From Massalongia carnosa (taxonomy: Eukaryota), in NCBI GenBank assembly GCA_965645245.1, contig OZ287076.1, positions 2,294,001-2,316,409 on the forward strand: a stretch of DNA of 22,409 bases. The letters run 5' to 3'. A program made the translations under genes and the position numbers. Positions within the stretch are counted from its first letter, which is position 1. Each line of letters begins with the position of its first letter. Positions 8,332 to 19,400 of this stretch are shown here, one piece after another. Below the pieces are notes generated by a model. That model did no database searches. It was given only the letters and a program-made list of their open reading frames with translations, and was not told the DNA's origin.

Positions 8332-11300
8332 ATCCTACGAATACTGATTCTCCTCCACCAGAGCGGACGGCTTTACAGCTAGCCAAGCAGCTCCGGAAAT
8401 TTCAGGGCTGTACACACGAGGAACATGCAGAGGCAGAACGCAAGCACCAGGCACATCACCAACGCCCCGATGTACATTCAGAGTGCTTCTCTATTCCGGG
8501 GAGTACTTCGATGCTTCGGGGGAGCCATGCCGGAGGAAGGCCACTGCCGGATGTCCTCAGTAACAGCAAGCTCATGAGGGCTACCGATATCCTGGGCGCC
8601 GACTGCCAGGCTGCGTTCGAGGGCACTAGTGTACAAGCAGCTTTGGGAGATGCCGAGGCAAGGGAGCAAGAACTCCCCCGTAACCTCTGTCTCAACCAGC
8701 ACTATATAGCCAGCCGTAAGAGCCGCCGTCCTAGGGTTGCGTTCGATATTGACAGCACATGTTGTTTCCCAACCAGCCTTGGATTCGCACGCCGAGGTGT
8801 CGACTGGTTTCCTAGAGTCCACCCTTTCCTCAACCTTACGGCGGACATACATTTTGGCCTGAAGGTCCGCGGATACACGGCCAATGGCAGGCCGTCTGAG
8901 AGATATGCTCCACTGCACAAGGTTCCGCACTACTGCTTTGGTAGCGTGATTGGAATGAGCGAGCTTCTTGTATTCGTCTTCTTTCCTGCGCTTCATGAAG
9001 AGAGTGCCTATGAGCACTCTACCTACCTGAGCAAGCATGACCAGCAGCTCTGGACGGATGCTATTGTACTTCCTTCAGTCACCAAGGTCGTTGGATCTTC
9101 CAATATCCTGCTACACTATCCTGCGTCTTCTCGTGTCGCCAGCCTGGACGCTACTGCTGTCTCTGCCGAAGGCCTCGCACGGAAAGAGTCTGCGCGTGAG
9201 CAGCTTCTCAAGCACGCCATACAGCCACAGTACCTTGACCTACTCTGGACGGCCATCCAGGAGACCATCGAGGAGAATCCAGGCTTCCATCGATTCCAAG
9301 GTGCGACGCTCTTCACACACGCCAAGAACACCAAGCTCGACTTCAGCAGGCCTGGCTTAACCGCTGCATACAATATGTGGGAACGGCGCTGGTCGGAGGC
9401 AACCGATCCGGATTTCTACAATAAGGATCGTACGTATGTCGACCTGGCAAAGCAGACCACATCTGAGGATTCTGCATTGCCGTATGACCAGATCCCCGAC
9501 GATCACGAGGCTGAAACGTTCCTGTGGAGGAAGTGCTGCCTTGACGCATACTCTAGGACCCGCACAACTCTTAATCCAGATGGTAGCAAAGCAAAAGGGA
9601 ACCCAAAGCGTACCGTATATCCTTGGGCCACTATGCGAGATACAGTAGGCCAGACATTCCTCGCTGCACCGCAGGGAGTTGAATGCCGAGATGGACTGAT
9701 TTATTCCCAGTTCTATGCGCTGATCAAGACGCCTTTTGACTCGACGAAGGTGTACGTCTTTGACAACGACTCGGTAGAAAACCTCGCACTAGATCCCGAA
9801 TATGTAAGGTCTCTGCAACAAGAGGATGGTGCCGTTACCTTCTCCAAGGGCGTGTGCGAATTTGCCTACCTGCATGGTAAGAAGCGGGCCTATGCCAATC
9901 TCCTCGACAACCGCTGGAGATCGTACGGCACGAGAGAAGAGCATCGGATTTCTCTGACCATGATGGAGGAGATCTATGAGCAATGGTGGCAATGGGACCT
10001 CTACGATGCCGACGATATCGACGATAGCCGGTCTCCGTTGCCGTATTATATTATCCCCACGCGTGACCTTCTCGCCTTCCTCTATGCCCAGATCAATAAG
10101 TACCGCTTTCTCTTCGAGCACACCCTGGCCAACACAGCGAAGACCTATTCCTTACCTGAGACGATCGTGATGGTCGTTGCACTGCGAGCACTCCGGTTCT
10201 GCTACGGCAGTAATTTACTCGAGCGAGAATCGCTCCTTTTCAAGGATCACTGGCAGCAGATGCGTGGCCAGAAGGTCCTCGTCAAAGAGGGTCTCGGGAT
10301 GAAGAAGACCATCGAGCGCTGCGGAATTGGCTGGTTCCTCCCCAACTTCAACTGGGCGACATGGAGGCTAGCAGCACCGCATGGTGAGAACATCCTGGTA
10401 GGAAACATGCTCATGCACGAGGAATACAAGCGGAGGTGGAGGGCAGTCAAAGATCTCCGGGACGTCTACGTCCGTTTCAACCAGGCAAAGTCCTGGTATG
10501 ATAAGTATAATGTGCTGGGCAACGGTAGGCTAAGGATGGCGTGGCTAAAATATCTTCACGTGCTAAACCTCGAGCAATTTGACGCTGATGTATGGAAGGC
10601 CATGCTCAGGACTAATAAACGGAGCCATGAGCTTAGACCCGAGGCTATACAGTCGGCAGCCAAGACACGGTTTTGCTATCATGATATGAAGAGGATGTTC
10701 TCGGGGAACGGAGCAGGGTGCCCACCACATCTCGTGACGGGCAACAGGATGCGGTTTGAGAAGGTTATAGACTTGCTAGACTTCCTGTTCTTATGGGACG
10801 AGCAAGAGCGGCCGGGGTGGGGCGACAAGCCATATCGGGTGATATTGAACAAGACGTTTGAGCTGATTGAGCAGCGGCTTGGATATCGACAGGCCGATAA
10901 GTGGCGGGATGAATTCCTCCATCTGGTTCGACTGACGCATTGGATTCTCCCGTATCCTTCCACGAGCGCCTTGATTACATCAACCAAGACTAGTCAGAGC
11001 CGGGATCTTTCAGGGCGTATGATGTGGTTCTCGGTCGTGTATGCAGACCCATTATATGTAGAGCTCCCGTTGCAGCGGCCTCCTTCAACGCTGTCTACTA
11101 TCATCTGGCATGCCCGAACGCGGATACTTGGGGAGGATGACGAGCGGCAGGCATGGAGCACAGCGCAGCTACTGGCAGGCGTCGAAGCGCAGTGTGTGGA
11201 GACGAGTGGGGGTGAGGAACTCTGGGTGGCCGGGAAGAAGAGCATAGGGCTCAAGGGGTTTGCGCCCCTCTGGGAGCGGGGTCAACCACCGCGGCTAAAG

Positions 11301-11621
11301 ATACTTGAACAAGTGCGAAAGAAGAGTCTGGAGGAGCTAGAGGAGCTGATGGCGGGACTGAGCGTTGAGTATGCTGCTGATGACGGAGAAGATGACGTTG
11401 GGCCTGGGGATGACGAAAGGGGTGAGTTGGGTGGAAGTACTGACAATGAGGCGGCTGATGTTATCAGCCGGACCGCTGCGATTGTAGCAGGAAGGAATAT
11501 CTTCGCCGCATTTGCCAGGAGGAGTAACGGGGATGGAGACAGAGATGATGAAAGCTATAGGGCGCTCGGTACCGCTGGCACAGACAGCGGTAGTATGTTC
11601 AGTCCAGGTGGAAGCGGATAG
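8289..11621 (+). CDS. Large uncharacterised fungal protein (1,110-aa open frame; C-terminal part of a ~1,320-aa gene)
   Basis: 3.3-kb uninterrupted ORF with globular composition and an acidic tail. A diverged partial copy lies at 20941-21425. No family confidently recognised. Confidence 0.8.
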   Translation: MPTPARPRVLHDSLDPTNTDSPPPERTALQLAKQLRKFQGCTHEEHAEAERKHQAHHQRPDVHSECFSIPGSTSMLRGSHAGGRPLPDVLSNSKLMRATDILGADCQAAFEGTSVQAALGDAEAREQELPRNLCLNQHYIASRKSRRPRVAFDIDSTCCFPTSLGFARRGVDWFPRVHPFLNLTADIHFGLKVRGYTANGRPSERYAPLHKVPHYCFGSVIGMSELLVFVFFPALHEESAYEHSTYLSKHDQQLWTDAIVLPSVTKVVGSSNILLHYPASSRVASLDATAVSAEGLARKESAREQLLKHAIQPQYLDLLWTAIQETIEENPGFHRFQGATLFTHAKNTKLDFSRPGLTAAYNMWERRWSEATDPDFYNKDRTYVDLAKQTTSEDSALPYDQIPDDHEAETFLWRKCCLDAYSRTRTTLNPDGSKAKGNPKRTVYPWATMRDTVGQTFLAAPQGVECRDGLIYSQFYALIKTPFDSTKVYVFDNDSVENLALDPEYVRSLQQEDGAVTFSKGVCEFAYLHGKKRAYANLLDNRWRSYGTREEHRISLTMMEEIYEQWWQWDLYDADDIDDSRSPLPYYIIPTRDLLAFLYAQINKYRFLFEHTLANTAKTYSLPETIVMVVALRALRFCYGSNLLERESLLFKDHWQQMRGQKVLVKEGLGMKKTIERCGIGWFLPNFNWATWRLAAPHGENILVGNMLMHEEYKRRWRAVKDLRDVYVRFNQAKSWYDKYNVLGNGRLRMAWLKYLHVLNLEQFDADVWKAMLRTNKRSHELRPEAIQSAAKTRFCYHDMKRMFSGNGAGCPPHLVTGNRMRFEKVIDLLDFLFLWDEQERPGWGDKPYRVILNKTFELIEQRLGYRQADKWRDEFLHLVRLTHWILPYPSTSALITSTKTSQSRDLSGRMMWFSVVYADPLYVELPLQRPPSTLSTIIWHARTRILGEDDERQAWSTAQLLAGVEAQCVETSGGEELWVAGKKSIGLKGFAPLWERGQPPRLKILEQVRKKSLEELEELMAGLSVEYAADDGEDDVGPGDDERGELGGSTDNEAADVISRTAAIVAGRNIFAAFARRSNGDGDRDDESYRALGTAGTDSGSMFSPGGSG

Positions 11622-11935
11622 TTTAATGGGAGTAATCTAGGGCGCGGGAGCCGATCGAGGCGGGGTTTGGCTCGAGGCTTCTTCTCAAACCGAGATGTTA
11701 GCCGATGCTCGACATCGATCCTCGGCCCCCCTGTCTCGGCATACTCCGCTCGGACTCGTCCATTCTTTACCCTCGTTTACCCTCTTTGTTTCATGGTGGT
11801 ATGCCCTCCATTTCCCATTCTATATGGGTAGCTAAATGTAGGAGTTCCCACCTACAGAATACAATCTAACCCATATGCTTAGCACCGTAGGTACGGAATA
11901 TACCTCCTAGGGACCAGATTTACTTAAGCGGCGTA

Positions 11936-12014
11936 CAAGGTTCGGTCGCAAAAGTGTCTGCCCCCCTAGGGGGAAAAAATAGGGGGGGGCAGACACTTTT
12001 GCGACTGAACCTTC
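11936..12014. mobile_element. Tiny MITE-like palindrome (Tc1/mariner-pogo type)
   Basis: Arms 11933-11966 and 11984-12017 are 34-bp inverted repeats with 2 mismatches. TA dinucleotides sit at 11934-35 and 12015-16. Confidence 0.6.
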
Positions 12015-12503
12015 TACATGTCATCTGGGGGGGTACGGTGGAAAATCATTCAAGGGTTGGTTGCTATTCCACCCTCTAGGCCGATTTTCTTGATTCAAGC
12101 GGTCAGAAATAGCCCGTCTTCGAAATTGTAACATATGTTTCAAAGGGAAAAGATCCGATCATTCCTTGATTTTAGAAAAATCGCGGAGCAAAGGGTGTTT
12201 GAGGAGCTATTGAGCGGTGAAAGTAGAGGAACATTAAAACTCGCGGCCGCTCAACATCAGCAGATGATGAGTACCGTGAAAGATAATGTATGTATAAACT
12301 GTACAGTTTCACTCGGCGACTCCGAATATGTAAGAACTAACGTTGTCGCATTAAAATGTAGTTGTCAAATCCATAAAACCATTCGACTTCATTCCCCATA
12401 AGATCCCGCTTGCGTCCCACTCTGCGAAGAAGCGAGCCCATATCACGAACCATACAATGGAAGGGAAGATCGCATCCCCGAACAGACCATTACTATTATC
12501 ATC

Positions 12504-13797
12504 ATGAGCACATTACCCATTAGACATTTGAGCGAGTGGCGATCATGTGTCGCAAATGTCAACATGCCATTTAACCGGCTCAGGTGCAGTCTCATTTCCA
12601 AGACCCGCAGCATCGCATGAAAGGCAAGGAAGCCGTACCCATTGCGGAGACGGCGCAATCATGGCCTAATTTGATCCAGTACCCCATAGAGTTAAACCTT
12701 ATCAATCAAGTAGATAGGAGGATTCACGGACTGGCAATGCATTTAGTGGATTGTTTTATTACCTTCAACCGGAACGATGTCAGTATATTTATTGCAGTGA
12801 AAAGAAAATGAAGACGCATTGCAAACAGAAGCACGATTGGTCGATGCAGTCACGAAAAGGCAAACCCAGCAAGATAAGATCGACCTCGACTCGTGGAGCA
12901 GGGATTGATGGTATAGGTGACCCGATATCATAAAGGGTAGGTGGGGAAAGGGATGTCAAGGTGATTCATGGATATTTGCGCGGCGAGATCGGGGAGTCGT
13001 TGATGTATTACACATAGTTGGTATTGCCGTTTCAGCCTCAATTGGAAGTCACGTTTTAGGAGAGAGATCAGGTGTTAGCGTTCATGTGGCCATCCAACCC
13101 GGATGGCAAACGGTGGACGTCGCAGCGACTGCGGACGGTGTTGTAAGACGAGAGTCGAATTGGCATGGAGGTGTCATTGGGCATTCAGGAATATGGGGAG
13201 ATTGTCATTGACATCAGTCGAAAGTACATGCGAGACGGTTTGTCATTTCATGTCGACACGGAAAACGAGGAGACGGCCGATGATAGGTTAAACTATATCG
13301 CGGACTTGCAGGTGGGGCATGGATGGCAGGTGGCGGGCATGATATATGCACGAGGCATTGTGGAAGCCAATAGGGAGGTGGCCAGCAAGCTTCAGCGGTT
13401 TCGTCAAAGCAGTCAGGAATGGCATGGATTTTTAGGATTTGCATCGGTCATGACGACGCACATGTCGTCGGAATATGAATTAAAACGCCGGACGGTATGG
13501 GAAGAAGAGAATGAAGAGATTCGGATGCATTGATGGAAACGATTGCGTGGAGTAGACGTTTAACAACAGTTGGAGCGATTGAAGGGGGCCGGCAGTTGGT
13601 TCCGCAAGGTGCAACGGGTCACGATTGAGGCGATCATGGCGGGCGAAAGCGCCGTGATCGCGGCGATAGCCATCGGGGGCGGCAAAAGCATGATATTTAT
13701 GTTGCCGGCGTCGTGCGGGCACGGAGGGGTGAGTGTAGTAGTGTTGCCGTTGATCGCATTACGGCAAGATATGCGGCGACGGTGCGAGAGCATTGGT
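12504..13797 (+). pseudogene. TLH-type RecQ helicase remnant A (DUF3505-like N-terminus, internal deletion, recombinase-like C-terminal motif, helicase motifs I/Ia)
   Basis: MSTLPIRHLSEWR/IMCRKCQHAI*PAQVQSHF; C...HCKQKH; IADLQVGHGWQVAGMIYARG; AIGGGKSMIFMLPA...VVVLPLIALRQDM. Many stops and frameshifts. Confidence 0.8.
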
Positions 13798-14991
13798 AGA
13801 CAAGCACGAGACAACAAACTGGTTAAAGAAAGCAGTGTGACGGGTGCATTTCCAAGAGAGGGATCTTGCCGAGATCTATGCTTGCAGTCGTATGCCTGGC
13901 CGGGAAGATGACGAGCTGCGGAGGATGGTTGCTGCGATGAAACGGTTGTTTTTTGGCCGCTGTATTGATAGCCTGAAGAGCATGCCATTGATGACACGCT
14001 TACTCCTGGCCAGTCCCCATCATGACGATGCTCACAGCCGGCCGTTTGGCCTATTGCAGGAGAAGGCAAGCATAGACCGAAATCTGATTTACTGGACGCG
14101 GTTCTTTTGCTACTGCCTGAATGTCCTCCAATTAGCCGATGCAGAGCTGTTTAAGAAATATGGTTTCTATTTTACAGCAGCACAGAGAGGGAGTCTTGAA
14201 AGGTTGTGGGAGCTTTTAAAAGATAAAGATTACTCTAAAGGAGTCCTGGAAGAGGAGTTGCTGCAAGTGTCAGCTACTTTCTGGATGCAGCGTCTTGATA
14301 GGGATCCGTTTCTTAGTCCGCTTTGGCATTTTGTTGGCGTTCTGGGAACTGATGGTAAATCTAGGCACTTCAGACCAGCATATCTGTTCACAAATATGCT
14401 TGCAGGGCTAGTATATGTTGGGAGAGCATTGCTAGGGGAGTGAGCTATCCCTGCTGCAGAGAGAGCCGGTATAAAGGATTTGGGAGGGCGAATTGGCCAG
14501 GTGCGGAACACTTGGCTATGCAAAGCTACTTACTCTCCGATGGGCTATATTCTCAGTTTATTGTTGTACGGCCGGAAGATTGCTCAGGAAAGTAGAAGCC
14601 GGCTTATGGTATCTTGGAGCAAGCAGGGTGAGTTGATTTATTTCATGAGAAAGCCCATTGCTTTGGACGACATCCGCAGCATGGTAGCAGAAATGACGGC
14701 TGATGCAGAAGACCTGTTGTGGAACTCTCTAATGTTTAAAGAGGGTGAGGATATCCGATTCACTATCCCATTAGCTATTATTGAGGACGACTTCACCCAG
14801 ACTCAACGGGGGAAATCCTTCATCCACAGCAATGGCCTTGCTGGAAAAAAAGTGGAAATGCTAGAAGATCTTGTTAATAGACGGCGAAGGCGGGAATTAC
14901 TAGACAACAATGGCCAGTGGAAGTGGAAATAGGTCGAGAAATACAATAAGGCAGTTAAGAAGTTTGATCTTGCTACTAGTGCAACTCACAT
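13798..14991 (+). pseudogene. TLH-type remnant B (central region of a different paralogue), cut by a Gypsy LTR
   Basis: ETTNWLKKAV*RVHF...SRPF...YWTRFFCY...SPLWHF...YSPMGYILSL aligns by eye with PWLRRTG...TRAF...YWKQFLTY...SSLLSF...TPMGEILG of the full copy. Stops at 13838, 14441 and 14930. It ends at LLLVQLT, just before the expected GQPxR motif. Confidence 0.75.
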
Positions 14992-15305
14992 TGAAGAGGG
15001 GTAGTCGTGGGTGGTGCGTAGGGTGATGACCTCTAGAGGGGCGATCGAAAACAGACGTGGAACGAACGTGAAAACACAAACAGAACTCGGAGTAGACTCT
15101 GACCTGATCGAACTCTGGACTAGACACTAAAAGAAAACTCTCTTGATTGTTGAAAGGAAAAAGAATGTGTGTCCGCACTGTCTATCTGAACTCCCCTATC
15201 TATAAGGAGACGGGACTGCCTCGGCCCCGGAAAAACTCCCCCTCCACACTGCCTCCACCCCTGCTCACCACCTCCACCCCTACTCACCACCTCCACCCCA
15301 CCACA
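14992..15305 (-). repeat. Gypsy 3' LTR (~314 bp) containing a 19-bp tandem repeat
   Basis: The minus strand begins TGTGGTGGGGT and ends ACCCCTCTTCA (8/11 inverted match). CCTCCACCCCTRCTCACCA occurs 2.5 times at 15252-15299. The left edge coincides with the break in TLH remnant B. Confidence 0.7.
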
Positions 15306-15748
15306 TCTTCCACATACTCCCAATGATGCCGTCCCCTGGCATCACCGCCTACGAAATCCCTCCCCAAAAACACCCACTGCTGCATCCACCTCAAACCACC
15401 CTTCCGTCTCAAGGAGCGAATTCAAACGGTCCATCCCCCTTTTACTTACTTTCCAAATATTGTTCAGGCGCTTAACCTGCTCCGAAGGAACAATAGGGTT
15501 CATCAACCCGAAGAGAAAAGCCAACTGGTTCCCATGCCGACCGTACAAACCCACCTGCCCATATTGGTAGAAGGGCAGAAGCTCAACGTTCCCCGTTGCG
15601 CTGCTCTCCCTCCGCCCTTCCAGGTCGGCCAGCCACTCCTCCGGGGCCGCGCAAGCACACTTCTCACCTTCCTTCTCATATACAAAGGAAAATCCTCATG
15701 AAGGAACGACTATAGTCAGGAAAACATCCGCAAACACTCTTACTCAAT

Positions 15749-16080
15749 CTACTCAACGCTGGGGACCGGAGGAACCACTACTGCCAATGGCCAGCCGTCT
15801 GGGATAGCAAATTGCCTGGGATCATTTCTGACTTCCTCCGCAGTAGACTCAGGGGAATCAGTATAAGTAAGCCTTTGCCTAGGGGGAAATTCTTTCAATC
15901 GGTTGCCAGCAAAGGTATTGGTCAGGACAGCTCCATCTAACTCGTCAAGAAAGTAAGTTCCCTTCTCAGGTAAAGCCTCATGGATCCTGTAGGGACCTAA
16001 CCAACGATAGGCTAGCTTGACAGCCATGGACATAGTCAAAGTAAACAAAGAATCACCCTCTGAAAGTTCTTTCCTCATCC
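15749..16080 (-). pseudogene. pol: Gypsy integrase C-terminal fragment
   Basis: ELSEGD...KLAYRWLGPY...GNRLKEF. Confidence 0.8.
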
Positions 16081-16480
16081 ACTTCTTCTCACTCGGCCTC
16101 ATCCATCTCACTGACTCGTCGTCGACCCCACGTTGTCGGTGTCCCTACCTCGCTGTCGGTGCTTGCTGCTTTTCCCAATGACGAACACCCGTTCCCAAAG
16201 CACCTTGATGGACGACATAGTCCTCGACTCCCAGGAGATTGTCGGACTGACGCAGGCCCAACCCAACCAAACCTTCGCCTACCTGTAGAAATCGCCCGTT
16301 GTGCGGCGTAACACGAAACGCGTAAGGTGTGATTGGCTGATTTCCCCCCGCTTCGGCGTCGGCACGAACCGCTGCACCGTAAAACGTACACCATAACACG
16401 AGAATCCCCGTCGCTGGCAACGCGACCTCCAATCGCCCCACGAGGGAGCTGGGAAGCGGCTAGGGCATAGGGAGAGGATC

Positions 16481-19400
16481 ATGAGCGCCCGTTTTGTCTA
16501 TCTGCCGGAATGACGGACGCTGGTGTGCGAAGAGTGCGGCTTTGGCCTCCGTCCCGGTCGCGGCGTTTGGGTTCGGCATCTGAGGCAAGCACCGCATTGC
16601 TTGAAGGGCCCCGAGCTCCGGGCCCAGGTCGAGCTGTTCGAGAGCTACGACCTCTGCGCGCCGGAGCCGGAGCTCGCGCAGCTGCCGGCCCACGCGATCC
16701 CCGGATTACGGCTCCTCGACGGTTCCAGTGCTTGACCTGCGCGGCTGGTCTTACCCAAAGCCTCCAAGCTATCGAACGGCACGTGTCAAAAGCCCACCAG
16801 CTCAAGCCTGCATGGCATAAGAAGAACCCCCTCTGGCGGTCGTGCAAACTCAAGACTTTCTTTGCAGAGAATCGCTTAGTTCGGTATTTTGTGGTAGAGG
16901 ATGAGGGAAGAGAAGAGGCGCCAGGGAGCTCCGGATACAGGAGCGCGGATAGCTTGGGTTTAGGGGACGAAGACTTCTTTAAGCTGCTCGACCAGGACGC
17001 CGCTATTGCAGAGGAGGATGCTAAGGCAGAGGCCAACATCGTTCATGGCTTCGATGGCCACCGATCCGCTGTGGTGCCGTGGCTGAGACGGACGGGCATC
17101 GAGGAGCACACGCGGGGCTTAAAGAAGGACGAGATGCACGCCTCTTTTGCAGTACCGAAGGCTGCCGAGAGCGAGCCCGAGCTGTTCCTGATGCTAGAGG
17201 TGATGGACGAGATCTTTCTAGAGGCGCACAGCTGGTGCTTCGATGGCCCCGACTGCATGCTGACCTGGCCACGGCAGCTGGCGTTGAGCCGCTTCCATAC
17301 TGCCCCTGCCCCAGGGCAGAAGACGCGCGCGTTCGACCCGAAGAAGGAGCCTAATACGCTCAAGACCAACTTCGGCTACTGGAAGCAGTTCTTGACCTAC
17401 AGCTACCGGGTGGCCTACCGGGGCGACCACTTCACCGCGGCCGACAGCGACCACTTCACCGCGGCCGACAGCGACCAGCGGACCCCCGAGAGCCATATCC
17501 AGCTCACGTGTGCTCAGGAGAATGCGTGGGAAGTGGCTTTCCAAAGTGCCGTCGAGCAAGACGGGCCTGCGCTGAGAAAGGCCATGTCGGTGCTCTCAAT
17601 GGCGCTGATCTGCCACGAATTTGGAGGCAATCGGTACAGCTCCTCACTGCTCAGCTTCTACGCCATGCTCAGCGTCAAGCCACACATCAAGACTTGGAAG
17701 TAGCCGGGCAATTACAATAGCTGCTTGTCTGGCGTAATCTGGATTGTGCAGCTAATCATCTTCCACGCCAGCGCCTGTCTGGAGAAGGCGGAGCTAGGTG
17801 ATACACTCGATCGCATTGAGCAGTATTGCGGGCAGTTCTTGAAGCAGGACACCGAGACTCCTATGGGCGAGATCCTCGGCTGACGCTTGCTGCTGTTTAC
17901 TGTCTCGAAGGCGGTTGTTGGGCCGCACCAAGCACAGTGGGATGTGGACGAGAAGGTCCTGACCTACCGAGACGTTGATTTGCATATAGATCACGTGCCG
18001 CGGCTCTTACTCTCCGAGTTCCAGCAAGCCCAGCACCTACTCTACGACGAGCTGATGTTCGGGACCCAGAACCTTCCGCGGATGCGTGCTTGGGCATTAA
18101 AGGACAACTTAGACGCCGATGCCTTTGGCTGGTTCTTTGGCCAGCACCGGGTGAACTTTGAGCTGGTAAAGCCACTGGCGAGGTCTTTGCTAACCGTTAT
18201 CCAAGACTCGAAGCCGTTGCGGGACTCGTTCCTGGATGCCAACGCGGATGGCGCTAAGGTCTGGCGGGAGAAAGCGATTGAACGGTATGAGGCCGTGGCT
18301 AACGAGTTCCTGAAAAGGCTCTTAGTCTTGATCCACATGGGCTCTGGCCAGCCTCTGCGCGAGAGTGAACTGTTCTCCGTCACCTGGCGTAACACCCAGC
18401 GGCAGCGAAGCGTCTACCTCAAGCACGGGCTAGTCATGCTGCACACCACATACCACTAAGGTCAGCAGCAGACGGGCAAGTTTAAGGATAATATCAGGTT
18501 CTTGCCTGCACCTATTGGAGACCTCTTGCTGGACTACTTGGTAGTTGTAGTCCCGCTCCTCCAGGTCTTCCTCCGCCGGTCTGCCCCGCATGCCCTTCTC
18601 TCTCCGTACTTGTGGTGGCAAGACGGCAAGGTCTGGGCTGACAACCGGCTCACGCGGTGCATGGAGCAGGCGTGTAGTCGGGCCAGCGTCCCCCGGCTAC
18701 ACATTGCCAACTGGCGGCAGATGACGGTCAATATCGTCAAAACTAAGTTTGCAGCTGACGTTGGGTGCTTTGAGGTTGACGACGGGGCTAACGACGAGGA
18801 TGCCGAAGAGATCGAGGCGGACATTCGGATTATGACCAAGCAGCGGAACCATAGTACGCGGACTGTCAACCTGGCATATGCAAACCAACACAATGCTAAC
18901 TTTGGGAACGTGTGGGATGGCCTTATCCGCCGGAATCTGCGTGCTTCAACTCTGTGGAAGGACTAGTGGGGGCTTGACCAGCTGCTTGGACCTGCTGGGA
19001 AGAGGAAGCGGGATGGTGAAGACATTGGTGGTCCGCAAATGCTCAAGAAGATCGCCATGGGGGTCTACCGGCCACGGAAGAAGTGGTCAGCTGCGGCTCC
19101 GCTGAACAGTGCAAGAAAGCTGTACCTAGATAACACGCTGAAGTGGAAGTCAGCAGCGCAGGAGCGGGCTATGACTACTATCATGTCATGGCCTGAGCAG
19201 GTGGTAGTTATCATGGCTACTGGCGAAGGGAAGAGCCTGCTGTTCATGCTGCCTTGCATCCTCCCGGACGCTGGGGTGACAATCTTGGTCTTGCCACTCG
19301 TATCTTTACGAGGAGATCTCCTCCGCCGAGTTGGAGAATTGGGGATCGATTACTTGGTGTGGTCGCTTAGCGAGCAAAGAGATGCGCCTTTGGTGTTTGT

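Larger units (their letters stand above)
14992..16080 (-). mobile_element. 3' end of a Ty3/Gypsy LTR retrotransposon (integrase C-terminus, 3' region, 3' LTR)
   Basis: KLAYRWLGPYRIHEALPEKGTYFLDELDGAVLTNTFAGNRLKEF is a GPY/F module. A GATGCC/GGCATC hairpin and a purine-rich tract precede the LTR. Confidence 0.85.

Noticed and set aside
11822..11877. Nested hairpin (ATATGGGT/ACCCATAT around TGTAGG/CCTACA)
   Set aside because: The stems are short, and there is no supporting context for a function.
12135..12401. 88-aa ORF upstream of TLH remnant A
   Set aside because: No recognisable motifs; likely non-coding flank.
16510..16720. N-terminus of the 397-aa ORF (MTDAGVRR...)
   Set aside because: It is the wrong frame; the real DUF3505-like N-terminus is in the 16481/16523 frame before the frameshift.
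16460..17559. Multiple minus-strand ORFs overlapping TLH (similar cases overlap the HNH gene and the large ORF)
   Set aside because: They are antisense shadows of GC-rich coding sequence with no recognisable motifs.
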